DNA of 56,466 bases, from positions 1 to 56,466 of the forward strand of contig JBHLNS010000017.1 in assembly GCA_048941285.1 (NCBI GenBank). The letters run 5' to 3'. Positions 1 through 8,837 of the stretch are shown piece after piece (within the stretch, counting starts at the first letter, position 1; every line of letters starts with the position of its first letter). The DNA is from Promethearchaeota archaeon. Its GTDB lineage: Archaea > Asgardarchaeota > Lokiarchaeia > Sigyniarchaeales > SOKP01. The translations under genes were made by a program, and so were the position numbers. Below the pieces are notes generated by a model, which saw only the letters and a list, made by a program, of their open reading frames with translations, did not search any database and was not told the origin of the DNA.

Positions 1-500
1 TCTACAATTTTACTTGGTTCATCATAAGATCGATTAAAATCTTCTTTAGCAAAATGATATAATTTAAGTGCTATATCTTTTTCTGAACCAGATGTATCTA
101 AACCAAGACGTCCTGCAAAATTTTTTAATTTCTCCGGTTCAGAAATTTTAAAAGGTGTTTGACCTTCTACTGTTGCTTTTAGAGTCTTTAAAGTTGTTTC
201 GGTATGATAATGATAGGTTGAGGTACCCATGACATTCCTTAGAAGCATCATGCGCATTGCCATTCCATCTGCAGTAATTCCGCAAACACCACGTTTATCT
301 ATTGATGAGTCAGCTCTACATGGACCATTGGAACATAAATCACAACGTGCACCTTTTAAGCAGAATGGACATCGTTTATCTGGATCCCCCCCAAACCCTT
401 GAGCCTCAAATCGATCCCAGATATTATTCATGCCATCTTTTTTAATTCTTTCATAAGCTTTTTGAACAGATTTATGGTAAGACATTCTTTCGTTTTTCAT
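1..500 (-). CDS. cooS: Anaerobic carbon-monoxide dehydrogenase catalytic subunit (N-terminal part; runs off the window)
   Basis: Not in the ORF track. Manual translation from ATG at 500: MKNERMSYHKSVQKAYERIKKDGMNNIWDRFEAQGFGGDPDKRCPFCLKGARCDLCSNGPCR...GVCGITADGMAMRMMLLRNVMGTSTYHYH. This matches the CooS N-terminus with D/B-cluster cysteines. Confidence 0.88.
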   Translation of the reverse strand, partial: MKNERMSYHKSVQKAYERIKKDGMNNIWDRFEAQGFGGDPDKRCPFCLKGARCDLCSNGPCRADSSIDKRGVCGITADGMAMRMMLLRNVMGTSTYHYHTETTLKTLKATVEGQTPFKISEPEKLKNFAGRLGLDTSGSEKDIALKLYHFAKEDFNRSYDEPSKIV

Positions 501-574
501 AAATAACCACATTTATCCAAATTTTTTAAAATTGTTGTATTTAAAAAATAAATCATTTTCATTTAAGTTTATAT

Positions 575-586
575 TGAACATGTTCA
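575..586. promoter_or_regulatory. Perfect 12-bp palindrome, candidate operator in the divergent cooS / oxidoreductase promoter region
   Basis: TGAACATGTTCA next to an AT-rich TATA-like stretch (TTTAAGTTTATAT). Confidence 0.45.
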
Positions 587-656
587 TACGGATTTGATTT
601 CTAGTTTAAAATAAATAATAATAATGTTAAAATAAGATGAATAGACTAATTATTCT

Positions 657-2009
657 ATGAAAGTTGTAATAATTGGAAATAATATTTCTGGGACCTTTAC
701 TGCTCAAAATATAAGATCTCTCAAGGATGAAGTAGAAATAGAGATATATACTCAAGAAAAATACCCTTATTATACAAGAGTAAAACTCCCAGAATTGATA
801 TCTGAAAAAGTAACCATTAATGATTTAATTGTTTTTAAAGAAGATTGGTATATAAACAAGAAAATTAACTTGTATTTAGATAAAAAGGTAAATAATATAG
901 ACCCTAACTCAAAACTAATTTATATTGAAGGCGTAGAATCACCAATCTCATATGATAAACTTATTTTAGCACTTGGAAGTACTCCTAATATCCCCCCAAT
1001 AAGAAATGCAGTTGAAATGAAAGAAGAAAAGAAAGGTGTTTTTACTCTTCGAAGTATCGATGATGCTTTAGAAATTAAAGATTATATTAAAAAAAAAGAT
1101 GTAGATAATGCAATTATCATCGGCGGAGGATTGCTAGGCTTAGAATTAGCAAATCAAATTAATGATAGTAATTTAAACACGACTGTTGTAGAATTTTTTC
1201 CTCGATTGCTACCCAGACAATTAGATGAAGAATGTGCTCTCATGTTAAAGGAAGAAATTGAAAATCGAGGAATCAAAGTGATTCTAGATACTGTTACAGA
1301 TGAAATAATAGGAAATGGGTTTGTAATGGGTATTAAATTAAAAGGAGGAAATAAGATAAAGACAGATATTGTATTAATTCAAGCGGGTATTACACCTACA
1401 ATAAATATAGCCAAAGAAGCTAAAATTGAAACAAATAAAGGCATAATCGTTAACGAGTATTTAGAAACTAGCGAAAAAGACATATATGCTGTAGGAGATT
1501 GTATTGAATATAAAAATCAAATTTGGGGTATTATTCCTGCTTGTATGGAGCAATCAAAAATAGTTGCGGCTTCTGTACTTGGCCTGAAAAAAGTAGATTA
1601 TAAAGGAACAACTCCAAAAAATACACTTAAAATTGTAGGATTAGAATTAACATCAATAGGAATCATAGATCCTTCTAAAGAAGAAGGTGGAGGTTGGAAT
1701 ATACTGAAAAAAGCTGATAAGAAAGATTGTTGTTATCAGAAATTAGTATTAAAGGGAAGCAAACTAAAAGGAGCTATTTTATTTGGTGATAATAAGGTAA
1801 TGTCTTATGTTTATAATAAGATGGAAGAGGATGTTGATCAGAATGAGTTGAAAAGATTATTAGAATTATATACATACATATGTAATAATTGTGGTATGGA
1901 ATATGATGAGGCTACAATGGGAATTCTCTTTAAAGATCTACCTCCTGATTGGAAATGTCCAAATTGTAAAGGCTCTAAAAAAGAATTCAGGATGAAAAAT
2001 AACTCCTAA
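657..2009 (+). CDS. FAD-dependent NAD(P)H oxidoreductase (NirB-N / NADH:rubredoxin oxidoreductase type) with fused C-terminal rubredoxin domain
   Basis: Motifs LILALGS, IIGGGLLGLE and TSEKDIYAVGDC. C-terminal YICNNCG...DLPPDWKCPNC is a rubredoxin motif. Confidence 0.9.
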   Translation: MKVVIIGNNISGTFTAQNIRSLKDEVEIEIYTQEKYPYYTRVKLPELISEKVTINDLIVFKEDWYINKKINLYLDKKVNNIDPNSKLIYIEGVESPISYDKLILALGSTPNIPPIRNAVEMKEEKKGVFTLRSIDDALEIKDYIKKKDVDNAIIIGGGLLGLELANQINDSNLNTTVVEFFPRLLPRQLDEECALMLKEEIENRGIKVILDTVTDEIIGNGFVMGIKLKGGNKIKTDIVLIQAGITPTINIAKEAKIETNKGIIVNEYLETSEKDIYAVGDCIEYKNQIWGIIPACMEQSKIVAASVLGLKKVDYKGTTPKNTLKIVGLELTSIGIIDPSKEEGGGWNILKKADKKDCCYQKLVLKGSKLKGAILFGDNKVMSYVYNKMEEDVDQNELKRLLELYTYICNNCGMEYDEATMGILFKDLPPDWKCPNCKGSKKEFRMKNNS

Positions 2010-2034
2010 ATATATTTAAAGTAGGTGAATAAAA

Positions 2035-2184
2035 GTTACAATTTATCGATGTAAAATATGTAATTATATTTATGATAATACTGAAAAAGATAAACCTTTC
2101 GAAGAGTTGGACGATGAAGAATTCAGATGTCCAAAATGTAGGTCATCAAAGAAATTTTTTGTAGAAAAACAAACACTCCGCTAA
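2035..2184 (+). CDS. Rubredoxin-like protein; non-canonical start (ATA 2029, GTT 2035 or ATT 2041)
   Basis: Not in the ORF track. (V)TIYRCKICNYIYDNTEKDKPFEELDDEEFRCPKCRSSKKFFVEKQTLR*. GGTGA SD-like motif at 2024-2028; in-frame TGA at 2026-2028 and no ATG/GTG/TTG before the first CxxC. Confidence 0.8.
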   Translation, partial: VTIYRCKICNYIYDNTEKDKPFEELDDEEFRCPKCRSSKKFFVEKQTLR

Positions 2185-2325
2185 TTTATTTTATACTAAT
2201 TTAAATCTTTAACTCTTTGAAATGGATTATCTTTATAAAATATTAAATCAATATTTTTAATATATTTTCAATTTAAATCCATAAAATTAAATTGGACAGA
2301 TATACAGAAAGAGATGAGATAAATT

Positions 2326-2463
2326 ATGGGAAAGTGGGAATGTCAAGCATGCGGATATGTTTATGACGAAGAAGCTGAAGGTACTAAATTTGAAGATTTA
2401 CCAGATGATTGGACTTGTCCTGTTTGTGGTGTTGGGAAAGACATGTTCGAAAAAATCGAATAA
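2326..2463 (+). CDS. Rubredoxin (45 aa)
   Basis: Below the ORF-track size cut-off. [45 protein letters not shown] has the classic two CxxCG motifs and is followed by a T-rich tract. Confidence 0.95.
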   Translation: MGKWECQACGYVYDEEAEGTKFEDLPDDWTCPVCGVGKDMFEKIE

Positions 2464-2607
2464 TTATAAAAATCTACTTCTTTTTAATTTTTTTTTATTG
2501 TTTTTTTTCACACAAATTTTATAATAAATAGCATATAACTTTTTAATTTGACTTGAATTACTATTAAAAAACAAATTATAAACCTAATAAATGAAGGTGA
2601 AATTAAA

Positions 2608-3813
2608 ATTACGCATTTAGAGTTAATGAAAGACATTTTTTATGTTGGCTATGTAGATTGGGAAGTACGCAATTTTCATGGATATTCAACTAATCGAGGT
2701 AGCAGTTATAATGCATACATTGTTAAAGGAGAAAAAACTGTACTTATTGATACTGTTAAACGTCCTTATTTTGAATATTTTTTGAAAAGCATTAAAGAAG
2801 TGTGCGATCCTTCTGAAATTGATTATTTTATCACAAATCATGTTGAGATGGATCATTCTGGCTCATTTCCGTTAATTCTTAAGCATTTACCCAATGCTGA
2901 ATTAATTGCTTCGAAAAGAGGAGTTGATATATTAGAAGCTCATTATCATGATGAATTAGATAATGAAATATTTAAAAAGATGAGAGCTGTTGAGGAGGGA
3001 GATACATTGGACATCGGAAAAGGTAAAAAATTTACATTTATTCCCATCCCAATGATCCATTGGCCCGATTCTATGGTATCTTTTATGACTGATGAAAATG
3101 GTAAGAATGTTTTGTTTTCTAATGATGCTTTTGGACAGCATTTTGCATCATCAAAACGATGGGATGATGAAAACGATCTTGCTGAAGTTTTCCAAGAAGC
3201 AGAAAAATATTATGCAAATATCTTACTCCATCTTTCAGGGTTGATTGAAAAGGTTATCCCAAAGGTGGGAACTTTACCAATCGAGAACATATGTACTTCT
3301 CATGGAGTTTGTTGGAGAAGTCATATTCCTGAAATCTTAGAGAGGTATACTAAGTGGAGTAAAGGAGAAATTGATGAAAATAGTGTAATCATTATATATG
3401 ATACAATGTGGGATAGTACAGCAAAAATCGCTAAAGCTTTAACTCAAGAAATTAAGCATCGAGGTATTCCGGTCAAAAGGTACAGATTAGCTAACGCTGA
3501 TTATTCAGATGTAATTACTGAAGCAATGAAAGCGAGAGCTATATTAATTGGAAGTCCTACCCTAAATAATGGATTATTTCCGACAGTAGCAGAATACTTA
3601 TCTTATCAAAAAGGTTTAAAACCCATGAATAAGGTTGGTCTTGCTTTTGGCTCATATGGCTGGGGTGGAGGGGCTGTAAAAGAAATTGTTGAGTTCATGA
3701 AGGCTGCTAAAATAGATGTAATGGAAGACACTATAGAAGTTAAGTTTGTACCAAAACCAAAAGAATTAGATTTTAAAGAAATTGTAGATAAACTGATTGA
3801 GAAGATGGGATAA
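2608..3813 (+). CDS. fprA: Flavodiiron protein (FprA family); probable ATT start at 2608, first ATG at 2626
   Basis: GSSYNAY, NHVEMDHSG, HWPDSM, FSNDAFGQH, SHG diiron motifs plus a flavodoxin domain (YDTMWDST, FGSYGWGGG). GGTGA lies 7 nt before the ATT. Confidence 0.93.
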   Translation: MTHLELMKDIFYVGYVDWEVRNFHGYSTNRGSSYNAYIVKGEKTVLIDTVKRPYFEYFLKSIKEVCDPSEIDYFITNHVEMDHSGSFPLILKHLPNAELIASKRGVDILEAHYHDELDNEIFKKMRAVEEGDTLDIGKGKKFTFIPIPMIHWPDSMVSFMTDENGKNVLFSNDAFGQHFASSKRWDDENDLAEVFQEAEKYYANILLHLSGLIEKVIPKVGTLPIENICTSHGVCWRSHIPEILERYTKWSKGEIDENSVIIIYDTMWDSTAKIAKALTQEIKHRGIPVKRYRLANADYSDVITEAMKARAILIGSPTLNNGLFPTVAEYLSYQKGLKPMNKVGLAFGSYGWGGGAVKEIVEFMKAAKIDVMEDTIEVKFVPKPKELDFKEIVDKLIEKMG

Positions 3814-3828
3814 GGAGAGGGTATAAAA

Positions 3829-5007
3829 ATGGATTTTTTGTTAAATGAAGAACAGAAAAAATTACAAAGTAAAGCAAGAGAGTTTGCAATTCGTGAAGTA
3901 TTGCCGGTTGCGAGAAAATATGATGAATCTGAGGAGTTTCCTTTACCAGTTATTAAAAAAGCATGGGAAGAAGGACTATTAAATTTAGGGATCCCTAAAG
4001 AGTATGGTGGCCCTGGTTATGGCCTATTAAGCTCTTGTATTGTTGTTGAGGAAATCTCATCGGCATGCCCTGGTATAGCTACTTCTATTTTTGATAATAA
4101 TCTTGGTGCTGAACCTATAGTAATAGGCGGAAATGAAGAACAAAAGCAAAGAATATTAACTGAATTAATAAATGAGTTTAAATTGATAGCATTTGCCACA
4201 TCTGAACCAACTATGGGTTCTGACGTTGCTGGAATGAAATGTATGGCACAAAAAGATGGAGATGAATATATTTTAAATGGGAATAAGTTTTGGATTACCA
4301 ATGGAGGATATGCGGATTATATTACGGTATTTGCAACAATAGATCTTGAGAAAAAACACAAAGGGATAGCAGCATTTATAGTAGATAGTAAAAGCGAAGG
4401 AGTAAAACTGGGTAAGCATATCCCCAAATTAGGTCAAAGATCATCAAATACTGTATCAGTTGGTTTAAAGGATGTTAGAATCCCAAAAGAAAATATTCTT
4501 GCCAAACCGGGAAGAGGATTTGTGTTAGCTATGCAAACTTTCGCTCATACACGTCCCGCGATAGGTGCTTTTGCTGTTGGATGTGCTCGTTCAGCAATGG
4601 AATACTCTATAGATTACGCTCAAAAGAGAGAAGCTTTCGGAAGGCCAATTGGAAATTATCAAGCTATTCAAGAAAAGATCGCCAATATGTATAAAGATAT
4701 CGAAGCTGCACGATTATTAACATATAAAGCAGCATGGGAGGCTGATCAAGGTATGGATAATAATTTGAGTTCCTCAATTGCTAAAGCATTCGCTTCAGAT
4801 GTTGCAATGAATGTAACAACAGAAGCAGTGCAGATTTTTGGAGGATATGGATACTTAAGGACATATCCAGTTGAAAAACTATTTAGAGATGCAAAATTAT
4901 ACCAAATATACGAAGGAACAAGCGAGATTCAAAGAATTGTTATTTCACGATTTGTTATGAAAAGATATGAACATGCTATGCCTTTTCTAGGTAAGAAAAG
5001 AAATTAA
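3829..5007 (+). CDS. Acyl-CoA dehydrogenase
   Basis: AFATSEPTMGSD, LNGNKFWITNG, AVQIFGGYGY and IYEGTSEIQR motifs. Confidence 0.95.
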   Translation: MDFLLNEEQKKLQSKAREFAIREVLPVARKYDESEEFPLPVIKKAWEEGLLNLGIPKEYGGPGYGLLSSCIVVEEISSACPGIATSIFDNNLGAEPIVIGGNEEQKQRILTELINEFKLIAFATSEPTMGSDVAGMKCMAQKDGDEYILNGNKFWITNGGYADYITVFATIDLEKKHKGIAAFIVDSKSEGVKLGKHIPKLGQRSSNTVSVGLKDVRIPKENILAKPGRGFVLAMQTFAHTRPAIGAFAVGCARSAMEYSIDYAQKREAFGRPIGNYQAIQEKIANMYKDIEAARLLTYKAAWEADQGMDNNLSSSIAKAFASDVAMNVTTEAVQIFGGYGYLRTYPVEKLFRDAKLYQIYEGTSEIQRIVISRFVMKRYEHAMPFLGKKRN

Positions 5008-5038
5008 AATTTTTTTTATTAACTTTTATTTTTACTCA

Positions 5039-5530
5039 TTAACAGGTTTTTTTTTTCAATTTACTTATTTTAAGAAAATCATAATAAGTTTTATAAAATT
5101 TGCGTTGACATAAATTATCACAGAAAATTTTAAAATTAGAGTCCAGCCAAATAGTCTTTAGCTCGTAAATTTTTAAATAACTATGAAATTTGCTAAATTT
5201 ATAGATATCTATCACCGTTTGGCAATATAAACAATTTCTTTCTTTTAATTCGAGCTCTATTTTCTTTAATTCATGAATCTTAAGGTATCTAACACATTCA
5301 CATCAATGGAATTCTAAAATTGGAGCTTGTCATAATTTTAAAATATATTCTGGAGTAAAATTAACATTATCACTCAAAAAATCATAAATATTCAGATCTT
5401 TACTACAATTCCAACAAGTCCTTTTGTTAAAATTTTTTTCTACTTTAACTAGTTCTCTTAATTTTTGAATACTGTCCCATAAATCAGCATAATTTAATTT
5501 TTTTGAAAAATGGACATGTTTGAAATTCAA
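5039..5530 (-). pseudogene. Two-repeat Cys-rich (zinc-finger-like) ORF of 163 codons with two in-frame TGA codons; pseudogene or recoded gene
   Basis: The frame of track ORF 5330..5530 continues through TGA 5330-5332 and TGA 5303-5305 to TAA at 5039. It gives a second CxxC...W...CxxxC repeat. Confidence 0.6.
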
Positions 5531-5600
5531 TCTTATATCTAATTATATTAAATAATTATTATTTCATATTTTTATAATAACCTCTTATAACCATTAAGAA

Positions 5601-6149
5601 TTAACTATCATTCAAAATTTTTTTAGCAGCTTTTATAAAATTGTTACAAATTAGCGTTGGTTTGATTCCAAGTGTTTTTAATTCATCTAAATGTTTATCA
5701 CCATGTCCTGTCGTTAGAAAAATTGTATTACAACCCGATTTTATTCCAAATTGTATATCTGAAGGGTGATCACCAATCATCCATGATTCATTAATATCAA
5801 CGTTAAATTCTTTAATGATATCATCCATAAATTTAGTTTTAGGTTTCCTACATTCACAATTTTCTTCTTTTAAATGAGGACAGAAATAGGTCTTTAAAAT
5901 TTCTATTTCTTGGTTCTTCAAGACATTTATTAAATGATTATTGAAATTTTGAAAATCTTGTACTGTATAATAACCTCTGCTTATCCCTGATTGATTTGTT
6001 ACAATAAAAAAAATAAAATCTTTCTTGAGTATGTGTAATCCTTCAATCACTCCATCTAATAATTCAAAATCTTCCAATTTATAAGCATAATTTTTGTCTT
6101 CAATTAAAGTACCATCTCTATCTAATATAATTGCTTTCTTTTTATTCAT
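5601..6149 (-). CDS. HAD-IIIA phosphatase, GmhB / histidinol-phosphatase-like
   Basis: LDRDGTL, VTNQSGI, CPH...CECRKP and MIGD motifs. Confidence 0.88.
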   Translation of the reverse strand: MNKKKAIILDRDGTLIEDKNYAYKLEDFELLDGVIEGLHILKKDFIFFIVTNQSGISRGYYTVQDFQNFNNHLINVLKNQEIEILKTYFCPHLKEENCECRKPKTKFMDDIIKEFNVDINESWMIGDHPSDIQFGIKSGCNTIFLTTGHGDKHLDELKTLGIKPTLICNNFIKAAKKILNDS

Positions 6150-6161
6150 TAAAACTCTCCA

Positions 6162-7517
6162 TCAAAAGAATATAAAAACTATAACTGCGAGATAGATTAT
6201 TCCGAGGACAATATGCAGTAAAGCAAAAAGTCCGCCAACCTTTAACAATTTCTTATAATTCATGCCATCAACACAATATTTCGTTGACAGGTCTAATGTC
6301 ATCATATCTGCAGCGCTCCCTTGAGGTAAAAAATTGCCACCAAGATTTATCCCCAAAATAAATGCAATTAATAACGGAACTGATGAATAACCATCAATTA
6401 TTAAAATTTGAATTATTGGAATAAAAAGGACTGTAACGGGAACATTATCAAGAAAAGCTGAGAGAATAGATGATATAATCAAGATTAAAATGCATAATAA
6501 AAATAAGTTAGCTGGTGCTATAGCTACCACAAAATCTTCGATAATTGCAATAATACCGACTTTTTCAAAACAAAATACCAGCACAAACAAACTTATAAAG
6601 AAGAAAGGTAACTTGAAATCAACTTTTTTGAAGTAATAAGAAATATCAGGCTTTCGCTTTCCAGCCTCCCTTCTCCTAGGATTAATAAACACAAATAAAA
6701 GCATTCCAAGAAGTCCTACAAAGAGAATATTGGGTATTATAATTAACAGGATAAAGAAAATCAATAAAGCTCCTAAATTGCGGTAAAAAACCTTAGCGTT
6801 AATAGATTCTTCCAATATGATTAATTCATGTTCCTCAATATGTTCAGTTTCCAAAGATTCGTCAAATTCAGTACAATGAGGTATCCAAATTTTCCTTAAG
6901 TTTTTTTTAAGAATAAAATAATCTAAAAGAAATAAAGTCAGAAATGTGGCAATAATAAAATAGATTGAAAGGCTGGTGAAAAACCAAGCTGTTGGAAGTG
7001 TAAATCTACTCGAAATTAATATATTTTGCGCTGAACCAAAGGGAGTTAAAGTGGCTGCTAGATTTATACAAATAGTCATTCCCAACAATATCGGAGTTGG
7101 ATTTATTTTCATTTTTTCACTTGTAATTATTATCATCGGTATAAAGATAATAACAACTGATATATCTTCAATAAAGGCAGCACTTAATGTTGAAATTAAA
7201 CAAATTACCCAGAAAAACCTCCTGGTATTGGTGTGAAATTTTTTTGTTATTCTTGATGCAATTTCTTGAAAAATTAATTGCTCCTCTAAAATAGCTACTA
7301 TTGTAAATACAGAAATTAAGAAAAAAATAACAGGCCAATCTATTGCTAAAATGAATTCTTCAATAGATATTGGTGTGGGTGAAAAAATGAAAGTTGCTGT
7401 AGCAGCAGCTAACATTGCTAACACACTATAAGTTAAAAAATCTGTTTTTTCACTAAAAAGGGCAATTATAACAATAATAAAACAGAAGATTACAAATAAT
7501 TGTAAAAATAGGATCAT
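6162..7517 (-). CDS. SLC13/ArsB/NhaD (IT superfamily) permease
   Basis: Polytopic hydrophobic protein with LTPFGSAQNI, SAFLDNVP and NLGGNFLPQGSAA motifs. Confidence 0.85.
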   Translation of the reverse strand: MILFLQLFVIFCFIIVIIALFSEKTDFLTYSVLAMLAAATATFIFSPTPISIEEFILAIDWPVIFFLISVFTIVAILEEQLIFQEIASRITKKFHTNTRRFFWVICLISTLSAAFIEDISVVIIFIPMIIITSEKMKINPTPILLGMTICINLAATLTPFGSAQNILISSRFTLPTAWFFTSLSIYFIIATFLTLFLLDYFILKKNLRKIWIPHCTEFDESLETEHIEEHELIILEESINAKVFYRNLGALLIFFILLIIIPNILFVGLLGMLLFVFINPRRREAGKRKPDISYYFKKVDFKLPFFFISLFVLVFCFEKVGIIAIIEDFVVAIAPANLFLLCILILIISSILSAFLDNVPVTVLFIPIIQILIIDGYSSVPLLIAFILGINLGGNFLPQGSAADMMTLDLSTKYCVDGMNYKKLLKVGGLFALLHIVLGIIYLAVIVFIFF

Positions 7518-7641
7518 GCTTTCTGTGTTATAATAAAATTTAATTCATTTCGATATTAACTATTGTGTTCTAAATGCTTAAAATTTCATTATTTCCATAT
7601 TTTAAAAAAATAAAAAAAAAGATATTTGGTTATTTTCAAAT

Positions 7642-8028
7642 TTAACTTTTCCATAAAAAGTGCAAATTACAATATTCTCGAGCCCAGAGACCTTCTGGAT
7701 TAGCAACGGTAAAAATTGCTTTAGGCTCAACACCAGGCTTTAAGAATCTCCTTTCGTAGCATCCATCTTTACAAATTATTTCAATCCACATTATATAATG
7801 CTCATTAGTCATTGGATGAGGAGTTCCCATTGAGATTCCTACGTCAACAGTAACTTTATTACCATTAACAGTAATTTTGGGAACATGTTTCTCTGTCTTC
7901 CAGTCCTTAGTTTGTTCCTGCATTAATTTCATTGATTCTCCGCAACAAATGGTTTCTGGAGATGCAGGATGTAAAATTTCAATCACTTTTCCGCAGATGG
8001 AGCACCTGTAAATCTCTTTTTGATTCAT
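7642..8028 (-). CDS. dfx: Desulfoferrodoxin (2Fe superoxide reductase)
   Basis: CSICG...CCG centre I; EKHVP, HPMTNEHYI and CNLH centre II. Confidence 0.93.
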   Translation of the reverse strand: MNQKEIYRCSICGKVIEILHPASPETICCGESMKLMQEQTKDWKTEKHVPKITVNGNKVTVDVGISMGTPHPMTNEHYIMWIEIICKDGCYERRFLKPGVEPKAIFTVANPEGLWAREYCNLHFLWKS

Positions 8029-8121
8029 TTTTATTCACAAATTCTTAGTTTTTTGTTCTTTAATTCATATAGTTTAATTTTTAAAAATTTTCATTTTAAA
8101 TTAAAAATCATTTTATTTTTT

Positions 8122-8712
8122 CTAGAAATCTTCACATTTCTTTCTATAGTACTCCCGTGGATGGTCACAGGATGGACATTTAAAGTTTTTAGGTAATTCA
8201 TCCATTTCAACTTCATATCCACATTCCATGCAAACCCAAACAACTTTCTTTCCGCGTTTGAAGAAGACATCATCACCAACTAATTTTAAGAGTTTACCAT
8301 ATCTCTCAGAATGGTGTTTTTCAGCCTTTATAATTGCGCGTACTCGTTTAGCAATATCAGGATATCCCTCTTTTTCAGCGGTCTCAGCTATATCAGGATA
8401 GAGAGTTTGCCATTCCATGTTTTCTCCCGCTATTGCCGATTTAAGGTTTTCAATCGTATTTCCAAGTGTTGTCGGGAATTCAGCATCAGGAAGTACTTTC
8501 ATTTCATCAAATTTTTCTTCTTTCTTGAACGGTTGGAGCATTTTATAGAACCAGCTACCATGCTCTTTTTCCTGATCTGACGTTTCATCGAATATTTTTG
8601 ATATCAGCACATATCCATCTTTTTTTGCTACTTTGGAGAAGTAATTATATCTATTACGTGCTTGAGATTCCCCAACGTAAGCTGTGTATAGTTTTTTCGC
8701 AGTTTCTTTCAT
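8122..8712 (-). CDS. rbr: Rubrerythrin
   Basis: GESQARNRY, EKEH and EKHH diiron motifs; C-terminal CMECG...CPSC. Confidence 0.95.
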   Translation of the reverse strand: MKETAKKLYTAYVGESQARNRYNYFSKVAKKDGYVLISKIFDETSDQEKEHGSWFYKMLQPFKKEEKFDEMKVLPDAEFPTTLGNTIENLKSAIAGENMEWQTLYPDIAETAEKEGYPDIAKRVRAIIKAEKHHSERYGKLLKLVGDDVFFKRGKKVVWVCMECGYEVEMDELPKNFKCPSCDHPREYYRKKCEDF

Positions 8713-8837
8713 AATTTTTTAACCTCCATGTTATAAATTGGAAATTCGTTATATATGAATATACTTGGATTTAAATTATTTCTCCTTTATTTTAACTTTT
8801 TTACTTATAATTTAAAGAAAATCGGAAAAAAAATAGT

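Noticed and set aside
8091-8279. 62-aa ORF overlapping the rubrerythrin 3' end on the same strand
   Set aside because: Alternative frame of rbr; no motif and no evidence of frameshifting.
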